From: Macrostomum lignano
Lineage: Eukaryota
Assembly: GCA_002269645.1 (NCBI GenBank)
Contig: NIVC01000317.1
Coordinates: 462,346-478,875 of the forward strand
Reading direction: 5' to 3'
DNA: 16,530 nucleotides
Positions 1 through 10,040 of this stretch are shown piece after piece. Position 1 is the first letter of the stretch; each line of letters opens with the position of its first letter. The notes beneath the pieces are model-generated. The model was not told the origin of the DNA. It searched no databases and saw only the letters and a list, made by a program, of their open reading frames with translations. A program made the position numbers and the translations under genes.

Positions 1-699
1 GGAAGTAGATCTAGAGTTCGAGAAGTAGATCTAGAGTGCGAGGAAGTAGATCTAGAGTGTGAGAAAGTAGATCTAGAGTGAGAAAGTAGATCTAAGTGTG
101 AGAAATTAGATCTAGAGTGTGAGAAAGTAGATCTAGAGTGTGAGAAATTAGATCTAGAGTGTGAGAAAGTAGATCTAGAGTGCGTAAATACAATCTTTAG
201 AGTGCGCGAAAGTAGATCTAGAGTGAGAAAGTAGATCTAGAGTGTGAGAAAGTAGATCTAGAGTGTGAGAAAGTAGATCTAGAGTGTGAGAAAGTAGATC
301 TAGAGTGCGAGAAATAGTATCTAGAGTGCGAGAAGTAGATCTAAGTGTGAGAACAAGTAGATTCTAGAGTAGTGATGAAGTAGATCTAGAGTGTGCAGGA
401 AGAGTAGATCTAGAGTGCGAGAAAGTAGATCTAGAGTATGAGAAGTAGATCTAGAGTGAGAAGTAGATCTAGAGTGCGGAAGTAGATCTAGAGTGTGAGA
501 AAGTAAGATCTAGAGGTGAGAAAGTAGATATATCCGAGAAAGTAGATCTAGAGTGTGAGAAATAGATCTATAAGAGTGTTAGAAAGTAGATCTAGATGGG
601 CGAAAGTAGATCTAGAGGGCGCGAAAGTAGATCTAGAGGGCGCGAAAAGTAGATCTAGAGGCGCGAAAGTAGATCTAGAGGGCGTTAAAGCAGATCTAG
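1..699. repeat. Minisatellite R1, 21-bp unit GAGAAAGTAGATCTAGAGTGT, ~33 copies, truncated by the window start
   Basis: Direct tandem copies. Each has the 8-bp palindrome TAGATCTA and an overlapping TCTAGA. Many single-base indels occur, and the unit switches to GGCGCGAAAGTAGATCTAGAG from ~597. Confidence 0.97.
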
Positions 700-1291
700 G
701 ATAGCATTGAAATAGTCGGCTATATAATACAGTTCCTCACATTTACAAAATAGTTTTGAAACAGTGAAAATGCTAGAAAACATTTGTTATAAAATCACAC
801 AGGCCAACACAAATGCAATTGAATTCTGACAGTGCAAGCCCAATTTGTCAACACGCAAGTCTGAATATTAAAATGCATAGCAGCAGTGCAAGTGCGGCCA
901 ATGACTCAGGCAAGTTGCTGTGTTGATTCCAATCGCGTGAAGACGCCGCCGCCCGCCCCCTTCACCATCCTAATCATGTCAGTCCATCGATTGCGAGCCC
1001 TGTGAAGCCGGGGCGATGCAAAAAACTGCGTATGAGCAGAGGTGATGGAGGAAGTTGGGCGCCCCATGGCAGCTCATTAACGAATTTCTTCCGGTTCCAC
1101 TATCTGAGCGAAGGCAGGCCGTAGAAGATGAGCACAAAAGTGAGCACACGTGACAGCGATTGGAACAATGTCGGCGAGAAAAAAGTTTGGCTACAGCGAG
1201 AACCTCTCAGCAATGGAATCTTATTCTGGGGCCTGTGCCGATCTTTTTCCCTTGAGCAAACCGGCATGCAGTAGAGCTCTCCTGCGATCTC

Positions 1292-2150
1292 CTCTCACCC
1301 CTCACCGCCCTCTCACCCCTCTCTCACCCCCTCTCACCCCCTCTCACCCCCTCTCACCCTCTCTCACCCCTCTCACCCTCTCTCACCCCCTCTCACCCCC
1401 TCTCACCCCCTCTCACCCTCTCTCACCCCCTCTCACCTCTCTCACCCCCTCTCACCCCTCTCACCCCCTCTCACCCTCTCTCACCCTCTCTCACCCCCTC
1501 TCACCCTCTCTCACCCTCTCTCACCCTCTCTCACCCCCTCTCACCCTCTCTCACCCTCTCTCACCCTCTCTCACCCCCTCACCCCCTCTCACCCCCTCTC
1601 ACTCCCTCTCACCCCCTCTCACCCGTCTCACCCCCTCTACCTCCTCTCACCCCCTCTCACCCTCTATCACGCTCTCTAATCCTCTCTCACCCTCTATCAC
1701 CGCTCTTTCACCCTCTATCACCCTCTTTCACCCTCTATCACCCCCTCTCACCCTCTCTCACCCTCTCTCACCCCCTCTTCCCCTCTCACCCTCTCTCACC
1801 CTCTCTCACCCCCTCTCACTTCTCTCACCTCTCTCCCCTCTCACCTCTCTCACCCCTCTCACCCTCTATCACCTCTCACCTCTCTCACCCTCTCATCTCT
1901 CACCCTCTATCACCCTCATTCACCCTCTATCACCCCTTCACCCTCTATCACCCTTCACCCCTCTCACCCTCTCACCCCTCTCACCCTCTCACCCTCTCAC
2001 CCTCTCACCCTCTCTCACCCTCTCTCACCCTCTCTCACCCCTCTCACCCTCTCTCACCCTCTCACCCTCTCCCTCTCTCCCGTCTCTCTCAACCCCTCTC
2101 ACCCCCTCTCCTCCGTCTCAGCTCAGCTCTCTCAACCCTCAACCCCTCTC
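1292..2150. repeat. Low-complexity minisatellite R2, 9-11-bp units based on CTCTCACCC
   Basis: Almost G-free + strand. The 5' part is homogeneous, CTCTATCAC variants appear at ~1660-1950, and a pyrimidine-rich tail runs to ~2235. Confidence 0.95.
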
Positions 2151-2742
2151 CCCAATATTTATTATTGCCTACTCTCCCTCTTTCCACTTCTCTCTCCATC
2201 AACTCTCTCCTCCCACTCTCACTCCCCACCCTACCTATAATCAACTGAAATGCTGAGGTGTTCTTACAGAATAATTTTCAGTTTTTTATTCTCCACGCGG
2301 CAAGCACCAAAGGCGGATGCCGACCCCCGCCTGCCCTCGCCACCAACCGCCCCCCCCCCTCACCGGAGGCTCGCTCGGTGGTCACGCAAGTTTACCGGCC
2401 GTCAACTTTCTCAGAACATTATCCACTGTTGGGACACGCAGAAAGCGCTGAGTTAGCGAGCTGCCAGCCAATACATGTAATGCATTCTACAGGCATTCAA
2501 TACAAAAGGCAAGAGTGAGAGAACCACAGGCATCGCGATTCAAAAGACCCCGTTTCTGCCTCTCTCTGCATCGCCTCTTGTCTTAATTAACAGCCCCGGC
2601 CTTGCCACACCTGCCTCGGCTTGTTGCCAACTGTCGCCTCCAGACAGCCGCGCTCTCTCCCTCTGAGGACTTCGCAGACACCGCGTCGCCCTTCAACTTC
2701 CCCTCCTCTCTGCCTCTCTCTCTGCTCATTCTCTTCTTTTAG

Positions 2743-3139
2743 TAGAAACGCTTGCTGCGCCAGACCGCTGAAAGATCCAAAAACAGTTTCGGTCTGAGTC
2801 AGCTCAGCCGCCTCATTCCGACACTTTTTTACACACCAGCCGCCTGCTCAACGCAAAGCTGCAAAATCCTTGCAACTTTTCTCTTCTCTCCTCTTTCATT
2901 TCGCTCTCTCCTGCCATCATCGCGCACCTGTCAGGAGTGCCAGCAACTCAGTCTCAGTCTCCCCTCCCACCCTCTCCCACTCCTCATCGTGCCCGCATGG
3001 CGGACTCTTTAGAGTCGATGCTCTTCAGTGAAAGGCCGGGCCTTGTCAAGATGAGGAATGAGGAAGGAGGGAACGGAACGCGGGAGCTGCTGTCGACGGG
3101 AAGTCGGCTGCTTCCTGAAAATATGGCCAGTGGCTGGCG
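2743..3139 (+). other. Candidate upstream exon (5'UTR and possibly first coding exon) of the GFRalpha/GAS1-like gene
   Basis: A long pyrimidine tract ends in TTTTAG at 2742 (tandem TAG at 2745). A donor-like GCG|GTAAAT lies at 3140, with a second, CAG|GTGAGG, at 3158. ATG 3058 reads MRKEGTERGSCCRREVGCFLKIWPVAG plus 1 nt, phase 1 and compatible with exon 12637. No homology or transcript support. Confidence 0.22.
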
Positions 3140-3161
3140 GTAAATAGAATGGGACAGGTGA

Positions 3162-3193
3162 GGGGTGGGGCTGGGGGCTAGGGATCGAAGGGG
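3162..3193 (+). other. G-quadruplex-forming motif / intronic G-run cluster
   Basis: GGGG-T-GGGG-CT-GGGGG-CTA-GGG (3162-3183) plus GGGG at 3190-3193 fits G3+N1-7 x4. It lies directly after the donor-like sites at 3140 and 3158. Confidence 0.55.
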
Positions 3194-3295
3194 TGCGGAG
3201 GCTCCGTGACAGGCGGCCTGGTTAGTACTCTTTCGATCTGTCACTGCAGAAGTCTTTCACTTTCACTCTCCATTGTACTATTCAGTCACTCTGTA

Positions 3296-3865
3296 CTGTC
3301 ACTCCGCTACTCTGTCACTCCGCTACTCTGTCACTCCGCTACTCTGTCACTCCGCTACTCTGTCACTCCGCTACTCTGTCACTCCGCTACTCTGTCACTC
3401 CGCTACTCTGTCACTCCGCTACTCTGTCACTCCGCTACTCTGTCACTCCGCTACTCTGTCACTCCGCTACTCTGTCACTCCGCTACTCTGTCACTCCGCT
3501 ACTCTGTCACTCCGCTACTCTGTCACTCCGCTACTCTGTCACTCCGCTACTCTGTCACTCCGCTACTCTGTCACTCCGCTACTCTGTCACTCCGCTACTC
3601 TGTCACTCCGCTACTCTGTCACTCCGCTACTCTGTCACTCCGCTACTCTGTCACTCCGCTACTCTGTCACTCCGCTACTCTGTCACTCCGCTACTCTGTC
3701 ACTCCGCTACTCTGTCACTCCGCTACTCTGTCACTCCGCTACTCTGTCACTCCGCTACTCTGTCACTCCGCTACTCTGTCACTCCGCTACTCTGTCACTC
3801 CGCTACTCTGTCACTCCGCTACTCTGTCACTCCGCTACTCTGTCACTCCGCTACTCTGTCACTCC
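3296..3865. repeat. Perfect minisatellite R3, 16-bp unit CTGTCACTCCGCTACT, 35.6 copies
   Basis: 35 full units plus 10 nt with no variant seen. The unit phase at 3856 equals 3296+35x16. Confidence 0.99.
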
Positions 3866-4494
3866 TATCACTCCCCTCCATCTACCCGTGGCACTGCCAT
3901 ACTAGCACTGTCACTAGATTGAAATCTCTATTGCTCCGAAACGCCCATTCCCATAATGCCAGCAAGGTCATTCAAGATGAGAGCTCCAAAATCTTTCTCC
4001 CAAAAAATGGCCCAAAAACTTTTCGATGCGAAAAAATCTCCTCTCGCGTGCGAAAATCCGCAGCCTTCACGGCAGAGTGATTCCGAAGAGAGCGAGCCCT
4101 GCGTGCTCACACTTTGAGCCCTTTTTTCCTGAGAGGAAGCTGAGCCAGAACTGCTGCTGCTGCTCCGAACTTGCGATGGAGTTAGTCGAGCGCCAAGCTC
4201 AGAATCTGCTGCACCTCATCTTTCAGTGCCTTCCATCCCATAAGGCTCGCCCAACCCAACCCAAATCCCCCAACTGGAATCCCGTGCTCCCGAAAATCCT
4301 GCTCAATATCCGCGGTGGATTTCTCTGCTGCCCACTGCTTCTCCCCTAGGGGAGCTGTGAGAGAGTAAAGTGAGTGAATGAGCTCGGCTCGGGCAGCGGC
4401 TGAGCGACCTGCCCTCTCTGCTCAATTGGACTGCTTAAGCCCAAAGAGGACTTTCAGCTGAGCCTCGGCTGCTCAGCCAGATTCACGCTGGCTG

Positions 4495-5140
4495 CTCTCC
4501 CTTCTCTCCCCTCCCTTCTCTCCCTTCTCTCCCCTCCCTTCTCTCCTATCCCTTCTCTCCCTTCCCTTTTCTGCCCTCTCTTTTCTCTCCCCTCCCTTCT
4601 CACCCTTCTCTCCCTTCTCTCCCCTCCCTTCTCTCCCCTCCCTTCTCTCCCTTCTCTCCCCTCCCTTCTCTCCTCTCCCTTCTCTCCCCTCCCTTTTCTC
4701 CTCTCCCTTCTTTCCCCTCCCTTTTCTCCTCTCCCTTCTCTCCCTTAATTCCCTTCTCTCCTCTCCCTTCTCTCCCTTCTCTCCTCTCCCTTCTCTCCCT
4801 TCTCTCCTCTCCCTTCTCTCCCTTCTCTCCCCTCCCTTCTCTCCTATCCCTTCTCTCCCTTCCCTTTTCTGCCCTCTCTTTTCTCTCCCCTCCCTTCTCA
4901 CCCTTCTCTCCCTTCTCTCCCCTCCCTTCTCTCCCCTCCCTTCTCTCCCTTCTCTCCCCTCCCTTCTCTCCTCTCCCTTCTCTCCCCTCCCTTTTCTCCT
5001 CTCCCTTCTTTCCCCTCCCTTTTCTCCTCTCCCTTCTCTCCCTTAATTCCCTTCTCTCCCTTCCCTTTTCTCCTCTCCCTTCTCTCTCCTCCCTTCTCTT
5101 CTCTCCCTGTCTCTCCACCTCTCCTCTCTCCCTGTCTCCC
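4495..5140. repeat. Polypyrimidine minisatellite R4 (CCCTTCTCT units with CCCCT/CCTCT spacers) containing a 298-bp-offset internal duplication
   Basis: Nearly pure C/T on the + strand. Rare landmarks TATCCC (A4548/A4846), CTGCC (G4573/G4871) and TTAATT (4747/5045) all recur at +298. Confidence 0.95.
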
Positions 5141-6284
5141 TGTCTGTCTACACGCATTCAATCTTTATCCTATTTCGCTTTTTACACAGCTATTAATCCC
5201 AACTTTTCGTGAAGTTTCCATCTCAGAAACTTACTAACAAACCAGCAGCAGCTCTTGCGATGGGAGCCATGTTACTCCAATCGGGATAAAAAGGCATGAA
5301 TAGAAATCCCCATGCTTTAACCTGTCAGACATTTCCCTGTCGCGGGCTCACAGCCCTCCCGGATGCACCTATCGCTCATTCAAAGCCGCTGGCAACGGGA
5401 GGCAGCCCCCCCCCCAAGGAAGCACTCTGTTCTCACTCTTCTCTTTCTTTGGCTTAGTTTTTTTCACCCAGCACCTTCGCAGCATCATCCAGGTCCCCGG
5501 GCCTTCCCCGCGCAGCTAATCGATGTCACGGCATCGATTTGAGCAGCTAATGTTTCAGCGTCTCCTCCCTGCACAGAGACTGAACTCTTCCCTTGAACCC
5601 GTGTCCCAGCAGTCCTGTGGCAAAAGCTTATCCTATCTCAACTATCCCCCCCCCCGAGACCGCTGGAGGCTGGCCGAGCTGATGTTGATGATGATGCAAC
5701 CGACTTAAAAGAGAGGCAGAAGAGAAGAAAAAAACGCGGTTGACATGTCTAAATAAGACATTTACATTCCTGGTCACGTCTGCCAATAGTTGTGCTTCCT
5801 GCATTAAACCTTGGCAACCAGTTTGAGGGGTCAGCGCCCTGTCAATTCTGACAGCTCACTGCATGCACAGTTTTAGTGTTTGCGCATACAAACACATTGT
5901 GCACACACAGCTCTATCATCCTCAGTGGTTACCGAGTGCCATTGTATTGGCATAGCGCTATTATAGCCAGGCCGGTTATAAATAGCTTTATTGATTTTCT
6001 GCATAGTTGTCGGCAATTTAAGCCTAAAAACTGACAGACGAGGAGGCCAAACAGACGGAAGAACGGGTTTCCTGCTTTTAGACTCTCCGGGTCTTTCAGC
6101 TGTGGGCAGGCAGAAGATAATTATATTTCTTTAATTTGTTGATCTTCGCGCAGAGAGACGGCTGATTGGGGCTAATGAGATCAGGGCTGTGGGAGCGCTC
6201 ATGTTTGATGGCTGCCTAAGCCGCATTCTGCTCGTCCATGGAGATCCTGGAGTGCTAGCTGCTGCCCCAACACTTCGTTTTCAT

Positions 6285-6622
6285 GCTCGAAGCTTCACAA
6301 GCTCGAAACTTCACAGCTCGAAACTTCGCAAGCTCGAAGCTTCACAAACTCACAACTTCACAAGCTCGAAGCTTCACAAGCTCGAAACTTCGCAAGCTCA
6401 CAACTTCACAAGCTCGAAACTTTACAAGCTCGAAGCTTCACAAGCTCGAATTTTACCAAGCTGGAAGCTTCACAAGCTGGAAACATCACAAGCTGGAAAC
6501 TTCACAAGCTGGAAACTTCACAAGTTGGAAACTTCACAAGCTGGAAACTTCACAAGCTAGAAGCTTCACACTCTCGAAACTTCACAAACTCGAAACTTCA
6601 CAAACTCAAAACTTCACAAGCT
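6285..6622. repeat. Degenerate minisatellite R5, 16-bp unit GAA(G/A)CTTCACAAGCT(C/G), ~21 copies
   Basis: Tandem copies with substitutions. AAGCTCG variants dominate the 5' part and AAGCTGG variants are concentrated at ~6460-6545. Confidence 0.95.
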
Positions 6623-7002
6623 GCTGGGAATCTATTTGAGTGTTAAGTTTAAGCTCAGGATCGAAGCAAGGGTTGCCACTCCAGCTTCTGGTTCGCGGCC
6701 ACCGTGGCTTCTCTAATCCCACTCGCTGATTAACCTCCGGGCCCATAATCTCAGCCTTGTTGATGAATTGGCCCGGCTAGCAAGATGAATCTAAAAATTG
6801 AATCAAGCCAGCCCAGTCGGCCAATTCAACTTATAACTTTGCCCCCTCGAATAGCTGATTTGAGGATCTTCCGAAACATCTGTCGAGGAGGAGAAGCAGA
6901 AACATTGAAAACAGTTTGTCTGCCCCCCATACTGCAGTTAGTTTATTCATTCTTATACGCCAAAGCTGATTGTGTATCCATTTTTTCGCATTAAGCTAAG
7001 TG

Positions 7003-7022
7003 CTGTCTGTCTGTCTGTCTGT
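7003..7022. repeat. (CTGT)5 microsatellite
   Basis: Five perfect CTGT units. Confidence 0.8.
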
Positions 7023-7619
7023 GCTAGCGAACAGCTAGGCTTGGCATTCTCTCGCCTTCTTTGCCAAACATGTATTCTGACTAGCTGGCCGCTCCCCCTC
7101 GGGGGCAGTGCGTTGGATGGGAAAAAATAGGAAAGGGTTTGCCAAAGAGATAAGAGCTTAAATATCTCTCCGCTGGGCCGTGTCTGTCGCGGCTCGCTCC
7201 TCTCTCCCCCGTTAAGTAATTACTTCGATACTTGAATGCTCCGGGTTTGACCGACTCAGAGTTTTGAGCTTGCTCCCAAGCCCCTCCCCCTTACTTAGTT
7301 CACCCATCGATGAGTCTCTAGGAACTTTGCATCTATACTCGACTAACTGAATACATAGTAGACTCAATCCTCGGTTAAAAAGCATTGATTAGTTTCGGGC
7401 GAGCGGCTACAGACTGAGATAGGAGGAGATGATCTGGAGTCGGCGGCGAGCTGAGTCCATTTGCGATTGTTACACGTGAAAAAAGACTGATTGATTCTTC
7501 CTTCTTAAGCGTGTGGATTATGTTTCAACTTTTTTACGTGTATAATGACAAAGAAGGTTTATTAGGCAAGGGAAACTTCTTTGAATTGTGGCGTCTGTTC
7601 TTAAGATGGGCTTGGTGGG

Positions 7620-8103
7620 CAGGGTATGGGATAGTTGGAATCCCACCTACAGACAGTGTATGGGATAGTAGGAATCCCAACTATAGACAGGAAATGGGAT
7701 AGTGGGAATCCCAACTATAGACAGGAAATGGGATAGTGGGAATCCCAACTATAGACAGGGTATGGGATAGTGGAAATCCCACCTATAGACAGTGTATGGG
7801 ATAGTAGGAATCCCACCTATAGACAGGGTATGGGATAGTGGGAATCCCACCTACAGACAGGGTATGGGATAGTGGAAATCCCATCTATAGACAGTGTATG
7901 GGATAGTGGGAATCCCACCTATAGACAGGGTATGGGATAGTGGGAATCCCACCTGCAGACAGGGTATGGATAGTGGGAATCCCACCTATAGACAGTGTAT
8001 GGGATGGTAGGAATCCAACCTCTAGACAGGGTATGGGATAGCGGCAATATCCCACCTCTAGACAGGGTATGGGATAGTGGGAATCCCACCTTTAGACAGG
8101 GTA
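7620..8103. repeat. Minisatellite R6, 34-bp unit GGGATAGTGGGAATCCCACCTATAGACAGGGTAT, ~14 copies
   Basis: Head-to-tail copies without spacers. Internal dyad GTGGG-AAT-CCCAC. CAGGGTAT, CAGTGTAT and CAGGAAAT variants occur. Confidence 0.97.
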
Positions 8104-9501
8104 CAAGGGGTGCGGCTTAGTCGATCTTACTATCGAAGGCTCATTACGGTGTAAAATGACTATAATAAGGCAACTAATAACCAGATGAAGTTGAGGTGTT
8201 TATCTCAGCAATAGGACCTACAAGATTCCGAGTTCGCCGCTGATGAGGACACAGCAGAACTGCAAGAGCTAATTACAGGCTCAGACTGTCACCTGCAGCA
8301 TTGAGCAGTGCTCATTATTAGATCCCCGCAGTTCTCAGAATCTTGAGTAGCTTATTTAGCCTATGAATGAGGATTTCCAATTGATGTGTCAATCACGCCT
8401 TTGACAGATCAGACTAAAATAATGATTGACTGAGATGGATTAGGTAATGCGATTAATATCTCTATTATAAATTTACTACCAAATAGCCTCTTCCGTCATC
8501 AGCAGTCTAGCAAGTACAATTTAAGTCAGAAATAAAAAAATTAGCGAAAAGGGGCCACCCACGCTTTCTAGCCCAATATTCGGACAGCTAAAAGCCGCAC
8601 AAGTGGGTCTGTGCTTCTCTCTGTGTGTGTCTGAAGTACGAGCTCGATTCAATAAATGCCTGACTATTACAATAGATATTAGAGCCTATATAATACATAG
8701 ATATGGTAATTGTCAGCTCTGTTTGTTCAGTGCAGAGTTGTTCTTAATGTTTGCACAAGCTTGTGTGTCCCTCTTCTCCCTGCGAAATCACACTAACCAA
8801 CAGAAAGTTGCAGTAACACGATACCCTACCCAGGAACCCTGGTATCGCTGGTGCTGTAGGGTATCTTATTTACCCAATTTGTTAGTCTCTCACGACCAAG
8901 GCAAAGTTTCTATCTCCCTGATGCAGCATACTGGCTATCATTGGTGTGAGATTTCCACAGACTTTAAGGATTATTTAGCTGGGAGAGAGAGAGAGTCCAC
9001 AGGCCCGGGCCAAAAGTGATGCAACACACGGATAATTGGCTGGGCCAAGGCTCGGTCCCATGGCCGCAATGATTACTATAATATCAGCCTGGCTTGTGAC
9101 GCAATCGCACGGCGGAGCTGGAACGACTTTTGCGATTTCATCATTAATGCTTGGTTAGGGCGAGAATTAGTGAGGCGGGCTGCTGGAAGGGGGTAGGGGG
9201 CTGTCCCATCTAGTCCAGTCTCCGGGGACTTAGTTGGATGATGAGGGGCATGAAAACAGGGAGAGATATGACTGGAGGCTGTCAAAATGCGACACGCCTT
9301 TTGAGTTGCAGCCGCTCATCCCTCGGTCTGCCTGCCTGTCTGACTGAATGACGGACAGCCGCAGAACCGCTTGGTCTGCCGGATGAGGCCGCTCTGAATA
9401 TCGCAAGCGACGCTTGAAATGAAGAGCATAAATTTCCACTGCGGTACGGATGATGAGGTTCTGCTTCCAAAAATTGAAATAGCCAATTGTGAGGAACGAA
9501 T

Positions 9502-10040
9502 GGAGAGAGGGAGAGAAGGGAAGAGAAGGGGAGAGAGGGGGAGAGGGGAGAGAAGGGGAGAGAAGAGGAGAGAGAAGGGAAGAGAAGGGGAGAGGGAGAG
9601 AAGGGGAGCGGGGAGAGAAGGGCAGAGGGAGAGAAGGGGAGGGGGGAGAGAAGGGGAGCGGGGAGAGAAGCGGAGAGAGGAGAGAAGGGGAGAGGGGAGT
9701 GAAGGGGAGAGGGGAGAGAAGCGGAGAGGGTAGAGAAGGAGAGAGGAAAGAGAAGGAGAGAGGGGAGAGAAGGGGAGAGGGAGAGAAGCGGAGAGGGGAG
9801 AGAAGGGGAGAGGGAGAGAAGAGGAGAGGGGAGAGAAGCGGAGAGGGGAGAGAAGGGGAGAGGGGAGAGAAGGAGAGAGGAGAGAGAAGCGGAGAGGGGA
9901 GAGAAGGGAGAGGGAGAGAAGGGGAGAGGGAGAGAAGGGGAGAGGGGAGAGAAGGGGAGAGGGGAGAGAAGGGGAGAGGGGAGAGAAGGGGAGAGGGGAG
10001 AGAAGCGGAGAGGGTAGAGAAGGAGAGAGGAGAGAGAAGG
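9502..10040. repeat. Polypurine minisatellite R7, ~17-bp unit GGGGAGAGAAGGGGAGA
   Basis: Nearly pure G/A on the + strand, with a clear 17-bp period at ~9930-10000. Its reverse complement shares CCCTTCTCTCCCCT with R4. Confidence 0.95.

Noticed and set aside
1150-2256. 368-aa Pro/Ser/Leu/His-rich ORF (extensin- or mucin-like appearance)
   Set aside because: It is a read-through of G-free array R2, which rarely forms stop codons. There is no coding signature outside the repeat.
3206-3922. 238-aa and 210-aa ORFs with a perfect 16-residue repeat
   Set aside because: A 16-bp unit cycles through all three frames and gives the same peptide in each. This is a repeat artefact.
4473-5161. Arg/Glu/Gly/Lys-rich minus-strand ORFs, and the equivalent ORFs at 9282-10139 and 15797-16525
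   Set aside because: They are translations of purine/pyrimidine arrays R4, R7 and R10, open in several frames and on both strands.
6189-6639. Overlapping 123-aa and 118-aa ORFs with SSKLHKLETSQA repeats
   Set aside because: Both are frames of 16-bp array R5 and yield the same rotating peptide.
7620-8103. CRISPR-like appearance (34-bp partly palindromic repeats)
   Set aside because: Units are directly head-to-tail with no unique spacers, there are no cas genes, and the context is eukaryotic. The same applies to R1.
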